A stretch of 64,000 bases of DNA from Octopus vulgaris. Taxonomy: Eukaryota. Of this stretch, positions 1 to 11,242 are shown in pieces. The notes below the pieces were generated by a model. It searched no databases. It had not been told where the DNA came from and saw nothing but the letters and a program-made list of their open reading frames with translations. Within the stretch, counting starts at the first letter, position 1. Each line of letters begins with the position of its first letter. The position numbers and the translations under genes are program-made. Location of the stretch: contig OX597814.1 in assembly GCA_951406725.2 (NCBI GenBank), forward strand, positions 201,810,001-201,874,000, written 5' to 3'.

Positions 1-134
1 TTAAGATGGTTTTCCCCTTCGTGAGCCATTCAGGCATTGTCTCTGGCTCTGCTAGTACGTTGTTAAAGTTTTCAGCCAGCTTTTTGTGCATTCCTGTTAG
101 ATATTTCAACCAGAAGTTGGGGATCTTGGGGATC

Positions 135-135
<1 letters not shown>

Positions 136-187
<52 letters not shown>
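136..187. repeat. (TTA)n microsatellite
   Basis: Pure TTA run. Confidence 0.95.
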
Positions 188-544
188 TTCATATACACTC
201 AACAGATTATACTGTAGGAAAAGAAAAGAATCCTAACATCGGGCTACAACAAGATGCCAAGAACCCTCCTAAGTATCCTAGTTGTCCCTAATAAAACTGT
301 TTTCTGGAGTAGTCCTAAACTGGGTTTTATGCCTATCTCCTCTATGCCTATCTATATGGGAAGCTTTTTACATGGCACCAACACAGGTACTTTTTTTACA
401 AGGCATCAGCACAGGAGCGTTTTTTACATGGAGCCCACATGGAATATCTTTTTAGATATTTCTAGCTCTCAACAGTATGCTTTCTTCACTACATACAAGC
501 ATACATTTAAATGCACATGCATGCACACACACACACACACACAC

Positions 545-705
545 ATACAACAGGCTTCTTTCAGTTTCCATATACCAAAACCACTCACAAGGCTTTAGTC
601 AGTCTGGAGTCACAGTGGAAGACTCTTGTCTGACATGCCACACAGAGGGACTGAACAATGTCAGTTGGGAAGTATACTCCTTACTGCACAGGCCTCCCCT
701 GTGCC
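545..705 (-). mobile_element. tRNA-derived SINE family A, 5' half (diverged)
   Basis: Reverse complement of the head seen intact at 9320 (…cttgggcaagtgtcttc…ccttgtgagtggatttggtagacggaaactgaaagaagcc). Confidence 0.8.
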
Positions 706-780
706 TGGAAAATAGGGAACACTACACAAATATGTGTGTCTTCTGTACGCAGGGACTGTGCTCATATTCTCTGTGTCATA

Positions 781-950
781 AGGTGGCGAACTGGCAGAAA
801 TGCTTAGCAGTATTTCATATGCCACTACATTCTGAGTTCAAATTCTGCCGAGGTCGACTTTGCCTTTGATTTTTTCGTGGTCGATTAAATAAGTACCAGT
901 TACGCACTGGGATTCGATGTAATCGACTTAATTCTTATGTCTGTCATTGT
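781..950 (+). mobile_element. tRNA-derived SINE family B (Meta-domain-like)
   Basis: ggtggcgaactggcagaa…gagttcaaattc (B box)…tttgccttt…gtcgattaaataagtaccag; same family as 1540-1768. Confidence 0.8.
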
Positions 951-1448
951 TTCAGACTGATAAAATAAGTACCAGTTGAGTATTAGGGTCAATGTAATCA
1001 ACTAGCTCTTCCTCAAACATTGCTGGTTTTGCACCTAAATTCAAACCTGCCTGCAAGAAAAAAAAAAGAAGAAAAATACTAGTGAAATATTTTCCCCCTG
1101 TCCCCCTTTATTAATGAAAAGACAAAATAGACTTTGCACCATTATAATTCTTGCTTTTTGTTTCTTCCCCTTGGTTTTGGACAATTTTTTAATGTTTCAA
1201 ACCATCTCAACTTAGTTTAAAAAAGCTATCCATCTGAACTCCTTTTCAGTTCTCTACGAGAATATATATATTAGAGGTGCTCTTCGTGGGAGATAGGGAC
1301 TATGAGGATTGAAACCAGGAAGACTCACATGAGAAATGGCTGCTATTTCTAGCAAGTCAAGCATGTCAAATCCTTCACATAGTTATTAAATTTCTATCAT
1401 AAAGTAGAAAAAAGCAGATATAATAAGACTGGAATGACACAGAGAATA

Positions 1449-1906
1449 TTTATTTCTTCATCACCCACAAGGGGCTAAACACAGAGGGGACAAACAAGGA
1501 TATCGATCCCCAGTGTGTAACTGGTATTTATTTAAATAAGGCGGCGAGCTGGCAGAAACGTTAGCACGCCGGGCGTCATGCTTTGCGGTATTTCGTCTGC
1601 CGTTATGTTCTGAGTTCAAATTCCGCTGAGGTCGACTTTGCCTTTCATCCTTTCGGGGTCGATTAAATAAGTACCAGTTACGCACTGGGGTCGATATAAT
1701 CGACTTAATCCATTTGTCTGTCCTTGTTTGTCCTCTATGTTTAGCCCCTTGTGGGTAGTAAAGAAATAGGTATTTATTTAAATAACCCTGAAAGGATGAA
1801 AGGCAAATTTGGCCTCAGCAGAATTTGAACTCAGAATGTAGCGGCAGATGAAATACTGCTAAGCATTTCACCCTGTGTGCTAACATTTCTGCTAGCTTGC
1901 CACCTT
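1449..1906 (-). mobile_element. SINE family B copy, interrupted by a second family B copy
   Basis: 15-bp TSD atgacacagagaata at 1434-1448 and 1907-1921. Confidence 0.85.
1540..1768 (+). mobile_element. SINE family B, full length, nested
   Basis: Head ggcggcgagctggcagaa, B box gagttcaaattcc, central gcctttcatcctttcggggtcgat…aagtaccag resembling the Meta-SINE domain (recalled, not searched); 17-bp TSD ggtatttatttaaataa at 1523-1539 and 1769-1785. Confidence 0.9.
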
Positions 1907-1980
1907 ATGACACAGAGAATACTAGCACTGTCCCTGTGTGTGGAAGATTCACCCATTTGTGTAGTATTCCCTGTTTTCTA

Positions 1981-2137
1981 GGAGCAGGGATGGCTGTGTA
2001 GTAAGGAGTATACTTCCCAAATGACATCGTTCAGTCCCTCTGTGTGGCACGTTAGACAAGTGTCTTCCACTGTGGCCCCAGACTGACCAAAGCCTTGTGA
2101 GTGGTTTTGGTATATAGAAACTGAAAGAAGCCTGTTG

Positions 2138-2172
<35 letters not shown>

Positions 2173-2510
2173 TTGTGTGTGCATGTGTGTGCACACTTGT
2201 TTGTGCATGCACTTGTGTGTGTGTGTGCGCATGTGTGTGTATGTGCACTCGCATGTGTGTGTGTGCATGTGTGCACATCAGTGTGCGTATATGTGTGTGT
2301 ATACGTGTGTGTGTGTATGTATATGTGTCCCCTGGCTGCTTGACAACCATCCCCATAACTTGACAGTTCAACAAAATAAAAAAAAAACTGATAAAATAAG
2401 TACCAGACTTTAAGAATATTGGGTTTAATTTTTTTGACTGAAGCCCTTCAAGGCAAAGCACCAGCATGGCCACAGTCCAGTGACTGAAACAAGTGAAAGA
2501 TAAAAGATAA
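1981..2510 (+). mobile_element. SINE family A with internal (TG)n
   Basis: Head, internal microsatellite, 3' half ending gactgaaacaagtgaaagataaaaga. Confidence 0.8.
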
Positions 2511-2945
2511 TAAGTTAAAAGGCGAAAATTAAATGTGTTTTGTGTTTAATTAAATGTAAATGCGTTAGATGCTATTTTGAACATAATTACTCATTTACTC
2601 ATTAACAATATTGACTGCAACAGTTGAAACATCCTACTGATGAAATCCATTAATTATAGTAATTAATCATTCATTAACCTCATCAATGAAAAACACATTA
2701 AACTTCCCATTTAGTGTATTAGAAGACAAAGCAGTCCTTTTAAATTCTGGAGTGGGTCCCCGTGGAAAATGTATGTAATTATTCTTTTCCTTGGGTATGA
2801 AAATGATAATCTTCATCAGGGTTCCTCAGTCATTTTATTTATCTATTAATCCCTTTAGTTACTATTTTATTCTGATGGACCCCCATAGACATTTGATGCT
2901 TAAAACCTAGTTTTAAAGAAACTTCTTTCAAAATTACTGTTCTTT

Positions 2946-4489
2946 GACCTTTCTCTTATAGCTGAATCACTAGCAGAACTAGAGAAGTTCCAGGTATGGA
3001 AGCAAGGTCAAGAATTGAAGGGCCTTGGAGTTAACCTAGCCAAAACCAAAGTCTTAGTATGTAGGAAGGCAGACAAATCACAAATCCCTTCAGGTAGATG
3101 GCCCTGCTCGATCTGTAGAAAAGGCATAGGTAGAAATTACATGAGATGCACCCAGTGTAAGCTTTGCACACATAAAAGGTGCAGCAATATCAGAAGAAGG
3201 TTAACAAGGAAAATAACTTTTGTATGCGGAAGATGCAGAGGTACAATAAACACTGAAAATATACAGAAAATAGACTCCATCAACTTCCAGTGGGGTAAGC
3301 TGGGGGTAGTAGATAGCTTCTCTTATTTAGGTGACCAAGTTAGTGGATGTGGATGCTCTGAGAGTGTAGCTGTGAGAATAAGATTAGGCTGGGCAAAGTT
3401 CAGAGCTCCTACCTCTGCTGGCAACAAAGGACCCTTTCCCTCAGATTGAAAGGCAGATTGCATGATGCATCATGTGTGCAGATTGAATATGTGTGAATAG
3501 CTATGCTACACGGCAGTGAAACATGGGCTGTGACAGCCGAGGACATACGTAGGCTTGAAAGAAATGAAGTCAGTATGCTTCGCTGGATGTGCAATGTCAG
3601 TATGCATGTTCGACAGAATGTCAGCATCTTGGAAGGAAAGTTGGGCATAAGAGGCATCAGATGTGGTGTGCAAGGGAAACAACTGCACTGGTATGGTTAT
3701 GTGATACATATGAATGAGAACAGTTGTGTAAAGTGCCACTCTCTAACTGTGAAGGGAACCTGTGGTAGAGGTAGACCCAGGAAGACATAGAACAAAGTGG
3801 TGAAGCATGATCTTTGAACTTTGAGCTTCACAGTGGCAATGACTTGTGGCAAAGACCTTTGGCGATATGCTGTGCTTGAGAAAACCCATCAAGCCGAGTG
3901 AAACTGTAGTCATGTCTGATGTTGGTGCCACATAACTGGCACATAAAGAGCACCATTCGAGCCTCACTTTGCCTCCAGTAGGCAAAGTGGTTGAGTTCCT
4001 TTCAAGTGTTGGGCCCCCTGGAGGTAAAGCGGCTAAGTTCCATTCGAGCTTTGGGCCTCCTGGAGGCAAAGTGGCTGAGTTCTTTTCAAGTGTTGGGCCC
4101 CCTGGAGGTAAAGCGGCTAAGTTCCATTCGAGCTTTGGGCCTCCTGGAGGCGAAGTGGCTGAGTTCCTTTTGAGCGTTGGGCCTCATGGAGGCAATGACC
4201 GAGACCTCTGGCATTATGTTGTGCTTGAGAAGAAGACCCATCAAGCCAATGAAAATCGCAGTTGTGGCAGATACTGGTGTCACACAAATGGCACCTGTGC
4301 TGGTGGGACGTAAAAGCACCCATTACACTCTCAGAGTGGTTGGTATTAGGAAGGGCATCCAGCCATAGAAAACCAAGCCAAATCAGACTGGAGTCTGGTG
4401 CAGCCCTCCAGCTTACCAGCCCTGTTGAACAGTCCAACCCATGCCAGCATGGACAATGTATGTTAAATGATGATGATGATGATGATGAT
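2946..4489 (+). mobile_element. 5'-truncated RTE-clade LINE: RT C-terminal half with PHD-like Cys/His finger, 3' UTR and (GAT)n tail
   Basis: DLSLIAES…KGLGVNLAKTKV…CSICRKG…CTQC…HKRC…CGRC…FSYLGD…MLHGSETW…GRGRPRKT; frameshifted; ends ccatgccagcatgg…(gat)n. Confidence 0.9.
3956..4195 (+). repeat. 42-bp tandem repeat (84-bp higher-order dimer) in LINE 3' UTR
   Basis: ttcaagtgttgggccccctggagg at 4001 and 4085, alternating with ttcgagctttgggcctcctggagg. Confidence 0.9.
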
Positions 4490-4789
4490 TCCAAAGATCT
4501 TATATTGACCCTCAAGGGGCATATGGACGTTGGTTAAGAACCACTGATCTTCATCATCATTATCATTTTAACGTCCATTTTTCCATGCTTGCATGGGTCA
4601 GATGGAATTTATTGAGGCAGATGTTCTACAGCTGGATGTCCTTCCTGTTGCCAACCTTCACCTATTTTCAAGTAAACTAATATCTTTCCAAGGCCAAAAA
4701 AAAAAGGTGGGGCATTCCATGTATGATGGTGACACTCATTAACAACTATCACATGATGTCAAATAAAAATGTAGCTACACACATACAAG

Positions 4790-5357
4790 TACTGGTGGAA
4801 TGTCTCAGTGAAGACCTCAATAAAATTTAAGCTCAACAGACCTGATATAGTGATTTAGGATAAAGAAGAAAAACTGTGCACAGTTGTGGAAATTAGCTGC
4901 CCAGAGGATGTTAACATAAAGCTGAAGATCAAGGAAAAAGAGAACACCTATGCTGAACTATTGAGAAATTTGCAGTTACTCCATACAGATTAGAAGTTCA
5001 GGCTTATACCTGTAATTCCTGGGGCCCTGGGATACATAACACACTGCCGAAATACCAATTAGGTTTCTCAAAACCAGAAATGAGAAAGCTAATTCAAAAA
5101 CTAGAGATCCAATCTATTGCTGGAACTGTAAAAATCTGTAAAAGTTTCCTGAAGTTTATCATTTAAATATATATGAGCATGTCTAGATATGCAACTATAT
5201 GCATGAGAATATATACATAAAACAAACAAATCTGCACATACATACATACATACATATATCCATATATCAGTACATGTTGATGTTGAAATTCCAATGAAAG
5301 AATCTTGAATCTAGGTTAGAAACCGTCTCTTTCTCTTTTGAAATAAAACTGAACAAT
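4790..5357 (+). mobile_element. R4/Dong-like non-LTR retrotransposon 3' end (restriction-like endonuclease)
   Basis: YWWNVSVKT…NRPDIVI*DKEEKLCTVVEISCPEDVNI…EKENTYAEL…IPVIPGALG with stops; second copy at 55154. Confidence 0.85.
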
Positions 5358-5377
5358 CATATATGTATATATATATA

Positions 5378-5486
5378 TAGATAGATAGATAGAGAGAGAA
5401 GGGGAGATAGAGAGAGAGAGATAACTAGCTAGCTAGCTAGCTAGATAGATAGAGAGAAAGAGAAAGGGAGAGAGAGAGATAACTAG

Positions 5487-5558
<72 letters not shown>

Positions 5559-5568
5559 ATAGATAGAT
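5378..5568. repeat. (GATA)n/(GA)n microsatellite
   Basis: Direct reading. Confidence 0.95.
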
Positions 5569-5581
5569 CTACACACTTGTA

Positions 5582-5837
5582 TTAGGTTGTCTCACATGAA
5601 ATATCACATTTGAAAAAGGAAACGTTAAAATTGTTTTTTAAGTTTTAGAATATTTATTTATTTGAACAAAATATGATCCTTGTTCATTTATGACCTTCAT
5701 CCAAGGCATATATTCCATCTTCAAAGAATTTGTCATCTTTTACACTGATAAACTGTTTGAATGCCTCAATTACCTCTTCTTTATTTAAGAATGGTTTATT
5801 GCTTATAGCAAGCTCAAACTGTTTGAATATGTGATAA
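5582..5837 (-). mobile_element. mariner 3' fragment
   Basis: TA|TTAGGTTG terminus; minus strand YHIFKQFELAISNKPFLNKEEVIEAFKQFI…FFEDGIYAL…VINEQGSYF (mariner C-terminus). Confidence 0.75.
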
Positions 5838-8150
5838 CACTAAGCAACAAAATTTTTGCTACTATTAGAAAAAACGGTGCTCATATGTAATTTTGAAATG
5901 CTGATTCCGAATCTGCAATCATTTTTGTTCTAGCTTGTAGCGTTTTTGTGCTGTTCTTGTTATATTGCTATCAAAATTACAATAATGTGAACATTCATGA
6001 CAAATAAAATGAATGTTATGTTAAGTGCAAATTACCGTTATTTGGTATAAGAATAATAGCAACATGGTGGACAAGTAGCTCTAAAACCAATAAAACACAA
6101 AACGAAAGTGTAAAGCAAATATTATTAATTTTATGTTTTTCAAAAATAGGTTTGGTGTTTTCTTTTACACTTCTCTTGCATGTCCGTTTCTTGTTTTAAA
6201 AACCAGCAGCAGTCCATCAGTGTGTTTGGTGTAAGTCTACCACTGTAGCAGCTTTCTAGCTCTTCAATTTCTTGATGAAATTGTTCACCATGCTTGTTGC
6301 CTACATCACCCATATTGGGTGGAAAAAGATGAGAGTGGAGAAGATGAATGGAAATTGTAGTTGTGATCCCTGTGCCGGTGGCACGTAAAAAGCACCATCA
6401 GAACATGGCCAATGTCAGTGCCGCCTTGACTGGCTTCCGTGCCGGTGACACGTAAAAAGCACCAATCTGATCGTGGCCATTACCAGCCTCGCCAGGCACC
6501 TGTCCTGGTGGCACGTAAAAAGGACCCACTACACTCATGGAGTGGTTGGCGTTAGGAAGGGCATCTAGCTGTAGAAACACTGTCAGATCAGACTGGAGCC
6601 TGGTGCAGCCTTCTGGCTTCCCAGATCCCGGTCGAACCGTCCAACCCATGCTAGCATGGAAAACGGACATTAGACGATGATGATTCTTGCCCCAAGTTGT
6701 TTATAAACTTTCATTAGATCATTTACAATTACAACGTAGTTAGATGATTCTTCATATCCCAAAATATTTTTTACAAAAGAAACAAACATTTCCCAAGCAG
6801 TTTTCTACTGGGCTTAATTTTTCTCGAAAAAGCTTATCACAAATTACTATGCAAATTTCTGGTCCATTAAAAACACCAGCTTTGATCTTAGCTAGAAACT
6901 CTTGCTAGAAACAAATTTTTCACTGAGATATTTGAATCCTTCACCATCTTCATTCATGGCCTTCATAAAATTCTTAAACATGCCAAGTTTAATGTGTAAG
7001 GGAGGAAGGTAAATTTTCTGAGGGTCAACTAAAGAGATATATTTAATGTTGTATCGCCCTGATGTGAAATCACTTCTCTTTGGCCATATTTTTGATCATA
7101 GTGATGTTTGTCATCTTTGCTGTTCCAGAGGCACAAAAAGCACTGATGGTTTGTATACCCAAGAACCAAACAAATTACTTTTTATATATTCCACTTGTGC
7201 TCAGAATATTTAATCAAGTGCAAAATTTTATCCATTGATTCATAAGTTTCCTTTTATCCTACAGCATGTGCTAGTGATATTAAAGGTTTTTGGTTGCCAT
7301 TATGCAACAAAACCGCTTTGCTGGAATCTATGAAGAGTCTCCATTCTCCAGAATTATGGCTGTACCCCATCTCACATGGGAATCCTTCAACATCACAACA
7401 AAAACAAATACCATCTTTCTCCATAAAAAATTCATGCAATTCTGTATGCCGTTTTCGAAAATATGAGCATTTTACACCCTCGTGTAAAAGATTCCATTGT
7501 TTCAACCTGGAGCCCAATAGTTCTGACTTATCTTTTGTTAAACCCAAGTCTGTAACTAAATCATTTAACTCAAGTTGACTTAATAAATGAGGAACCTTTT
7601 TTGAAGATCCTGGTTCATCACGGTGATCTGCTGTATCACTTGGCATGCCTTCAATTGAAGTAGATGTAGTATTTTCTTCACTTAAACTATCTTTGTCAAA
7701 AGATGAAGGAGGTTCTGGAACTGGAATATTTTTAGCAGCATGAGCAAATGGTTTTAAAGCTGAAGAGCAATCTGGATAAACAATCTTGGATTTATTCTTC
7801 TTAGAGAAACCTGTGATGTTAGTTAAGCAGAAATAACAATTGGTATAATGGTTTATCGGTTCGTGCCATATCATTAGTACTGCAAATGGCACACTTTTCT
7901 GTTTACCATTCAGCCATTGAGTTAGTACTATGTATCAGTTTTTGCAACAAACATGAAGTGCCCTCAGTTTATCTTGGTTCCAAACTTTGCACCCAAAGTA
8001 AAGCTTGTAAGCATTTAAAACATTTTTCGAAAGCTTATTTCTCTGATCTTTTGGTGTAAATTTTCCACATACATAACAAAAGCTGTCTGGGTGATTCAAC
8101 ACAAACGTTTCTGTTCATCATAAATACATACAGTAATAACCTAAATTAAC
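5838..8150 (-). mobile_element. Chapaev3-like (CMC) DNA transposon, degraded transposase
   Basis: TAA|CAC terminus at 5838; minus strand NHPDSFCYVCG, PFAVLMIWHEP…CYFC, ELNDLV.DLGL.K.KSELLGSRLK.WNLL, WRLFIDSSK, LPPLHIKLG, HGEQFHQ motifs. Superfamily assignment is from memory of these motifs; other TIR not found. Confidence 0.75.
6350..6684 (+). mobile_element. RTE 3'-UTR fragment inserted in the Chapaev3-like transposase
   Basis: gagtggttggcgttaggaagggcatc…ccatgctagcatgg…gatgat, same as 4290-4489. Confidence 0.9.
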
Positions 8151-8164
8151 ACTCAAAGGCGCCT

Positions 8165-9088
8165 ATCATCATCATTGTTTAACGTCCATTTTCCATGCTG
8201 GCATGGGTGGGACAGTTCGACTGAGGTCTGGGAAGCCAGGAAACTGCACCATGCTCCAATCTGATCTGGTAGAGTTTCTACAGCTAGACACCCTTCCTAA
8301 CACCAACCACTCCGAGAGTGTAGAGGGTGCATTTTACGTGATACCAGCACAGGAGCCAGAGGGGGCTAGCAATGACCATGACTGATTGGTGCTTTTTATG
8401 TGCCACCGGCACTGAAGCCAGTCAAAGTGGCACTGACATCGGCCACGTTCAGATGGTGTTTTTTATGTGCCAGTAAACTAAAATATAAAATTAATCAATT
8501 GTAAAGATTACTGTAAAACATCAAAATATATTTCTCAAAAGCAAATCCTTGAAATTATTATAGAATGTACTGAAGCTATGGCTGTCACAAAACAAATTTT
8601 CCCATCTCTAAATTTTGAGTGGCTAACCGGCTTCCGTGCCAGTGGCACTTAAAAGGCAACGTTCGAGTGTGATCGTTACCAGCGTCGCCTTACTGGCACT
8701 CGAGCCCCGTGCTAGTAGGGTATTAAGAGCACCATCTGAGTGTGATCATTGCCAGAGTGGCTATCTTACATCTGTGCCGGTGGCACGTAAAAGACACCAT
8801 TCAAATGTGATCATTACCAGGATTGCCTTACTGGCACCTGTGCCAGTGGCATGTGTAAAAGATTCAAGCAAGGTCTTTGCCAGTACCACCTGACTGGCCC
8901 CATGCCGGTGGCACGTAAAAGCACCCACTACACTCTTGGAGTGGTTGGCGTTAGGAAGGGCATCCAGCTGTAGAAACATTACCAGATCAGATTAGAGCCT
9001 GGTGCAGCCATCTAGCTCGCCAACCCTCGGTCAAATCGTCCAACCCATGCTAGCATGGAAAGCGGACGTTAAACAATGATGATGATAA
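8165..9088. mobile_element. Two RTE 3'-UTR fragments in divergent orientation (8165-8473 minus; 8620-9088 plus)
   Basis: Shared 3' terminus and (GAT)n tails on opposite strands. Confidence 0.9.
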
Positions 9089-9170
9089 TATATATATATA
9101 TATCAAGATTAACAGAATGAAATAAAAAATCCAAGGCTGTGAATAGTTTTCAGAACATTTATAAAGAGAA

Positions 9171-9219
9171 GATTTTACAGCTGTTTCCGGGATATTTTAT
9201 ATATCCCTTCATCAGAGAT
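9171..9219 (-). ncRNA. Minimal type I hammerhead ribozyme motif
   Basis: atct-CTGATGA-a-gggatat/atatccc-g-GAAA-cagctg-TA; palindromic stem III; stem I has one mismatch. Confidence 0.6.
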
Positions 9220-9319
9220 GGCACGAGAAAATGTTTAAGTAATAGTCATTAAAGAGAAGATATGAAATACAGAGTGAAGTGGAGGAATGAAAACAGACGT
9301 GAGATATGTAAGGATATTA

Positions 9320-9917
9320 GGCGCAGGAGTGGCTGTGTGGTAAATAGCTTGCTAACCAACCACATGGTTCCGGGTTCAGTCCCATGGTGGAGCATCTTGG
9401 GCAAGTGTCTTCTGCTATAGCCTCGGGCCGACCAATGCCTTGTGAGTAGATTTGGTAGATGGAAACTGAAAGAAGCCTGTCGTATATATATATCATCATC
9501 ATCATCATCATCATCGTTTAACGTCCGTTGTCCATGCTAGCATGGGTTGGACGGTTCGACCGGGGATCTGGGAAGTCAAAAGGCTGCACCAGGCTCCAGT
9601 CTTATCTGGCAGTGTTTCTACAGCTGGATGCCCTTCCTAACGCCAACCACTCCGTGAGTGTAGTGGGTGCTTTTTACGTGCCACCTGCACAGGTGCCAGG
9701 CGAGGCTGGCAACAGCCACGGTCGGATTGGTGTATTTTATGTGCCACCGGCACAGAAGCCAGACGAGGCGGAGCTGGCATCGGCCACGAGTCGGATAGTG
9801 CTTTTTACGCCACGAGTCGGATAGTGCTTTTAAAAAAAAAATATATATATATAAATATATATATCTTTATTACCATTCTCAATGTCATCCTGCATTGGCT
9901 TCATCACCATCCACATC

Positions 9918-9982
<65 letters not shown>

Positions 9983-10198
9983 ATATGTTTGTGTGTCTGT
10001 GTTTGTCCCCCACCATCGCTTGACAACCAATGCTGGTGTGTTTACGTCCCCGTCACTTAGCGGTTCGGCAAAAAGAGACCGATAGAATAAGTACTGGGCT
10101 TTACAAAGAATAAGTCCCGGGGTCGATTTGCTCGACTAAAGGTGGTGCTCCAGCACGGCCACAGTCAAATGACTGAAACAAGTAAAAGAGTAAAAGAG
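9320..10198 (+). mobile_element. SINE family A, full length, with an RTE 3' fragment (9493-9830, minus) nested in its internal microsatellite
   Basis: A box tggctgtgtgg, B box ggttcagtccc, CORE-like cttgggcaagt, 3' half ending (gtaaaaga)n. Confidence 0.9.
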
Positions 10199-10485
10199 AG
10201 AGAGTATATTGTATATGTCGTATATATATACGTACATATATTTTTGAGGAGATTCTGTATAAAACTGTAATATTGTTGACTTAATGTTGTTTCCGTTTCT
10301 CTCAAAGTTGGTGTCATGTAGTACTGTATAATAATGAGGTGTGATGGCTCCTTGTAATTATAGTAGAGTCAGGTAACAAGAAGAAGTGGTGAGGAACGAG
10401 ATGACAAAGGATCGGCAGCTAGTGAAGAGACCTTATGACGGAGACGATCCATCCATTAGATGCAAGCATGGAAAATGGAGGTTAA

Positions 10486-10732
10486 ATGATGATGATGGTG
10501 ATGATGATGATGATGATGAAGCCATTGCAGGATGACATTGAGAATGGTAATAAAGATAATGTTGTGGGTGATGATGATGATGAGGGTGATGATGATGACG
10601 ATGATGACACTGATAACAATGACAATGAGGATGATGCAGAGGAGAATTGATGATAGGAGGAGGTGGAGGAGGATGAGGATAATGATAAAGGCAACAATGA
10701 CGACAACGATGACGATGATGATGATGACGCTC

Positions 10733-10771
<39 letters not shown>

Positions 10772-11061
10772 GTGATGGGGATATTGTTGCTCATGGTTGA
10801 AGAAGGAAATTTATTTGACCAAAGTTTCCATCCAATTCCACTTCCAACCCAAGACTATGACAAAAGACACTGGCCCAGAATGCCACAAGGTGGGGTTGAA
10901 CCCAGGAACACATGCCTTAATGCCAGTCATCCCAACATACTTAAAACATTTCTGTCATTGTTTTGCTTTACAGAATACATCATCATCACCACCACCACCA
11001 CCACTACTACTACTACCACCATCATCATCATCATCATCATCATCACCACCATCATCATCAT

Positions 11062-11093
<32 letters not shown>

Positions 11094-11242
11094 CCACCAT
11101 CATCCTCATCATCACCACCAGCACCAGCACCACCATCATCATCATCATCAGCACCATCATCATCATTACCACCACCACCACCACCATCATCATCATCATT
11201 GTCATCATCATCTTCATCACCACCACCACCATCATCATCATC
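10486..11242. repeat. Imperfect (GAT)n then (CAT/CAC)n trinucleotide tracts
   Basis: Source of the poly-M/H/I/D pseudo-ORFs. Confidence 0.95.

Noticed and set aside
1339-1354. gctagaaatagca on the minus strand matches part of the engineered sgRNA scaffold
   Set aside because: Only ~13 nt, no adjoining scaffold sequence; part of a native repeat motif.
3969-4313. GPPGG collagen-like repeat ORF
   Set aside because: By-product of the 42-bp tandem in a LINE 3' UTR; not a sustained Gly-X-Y pattern.
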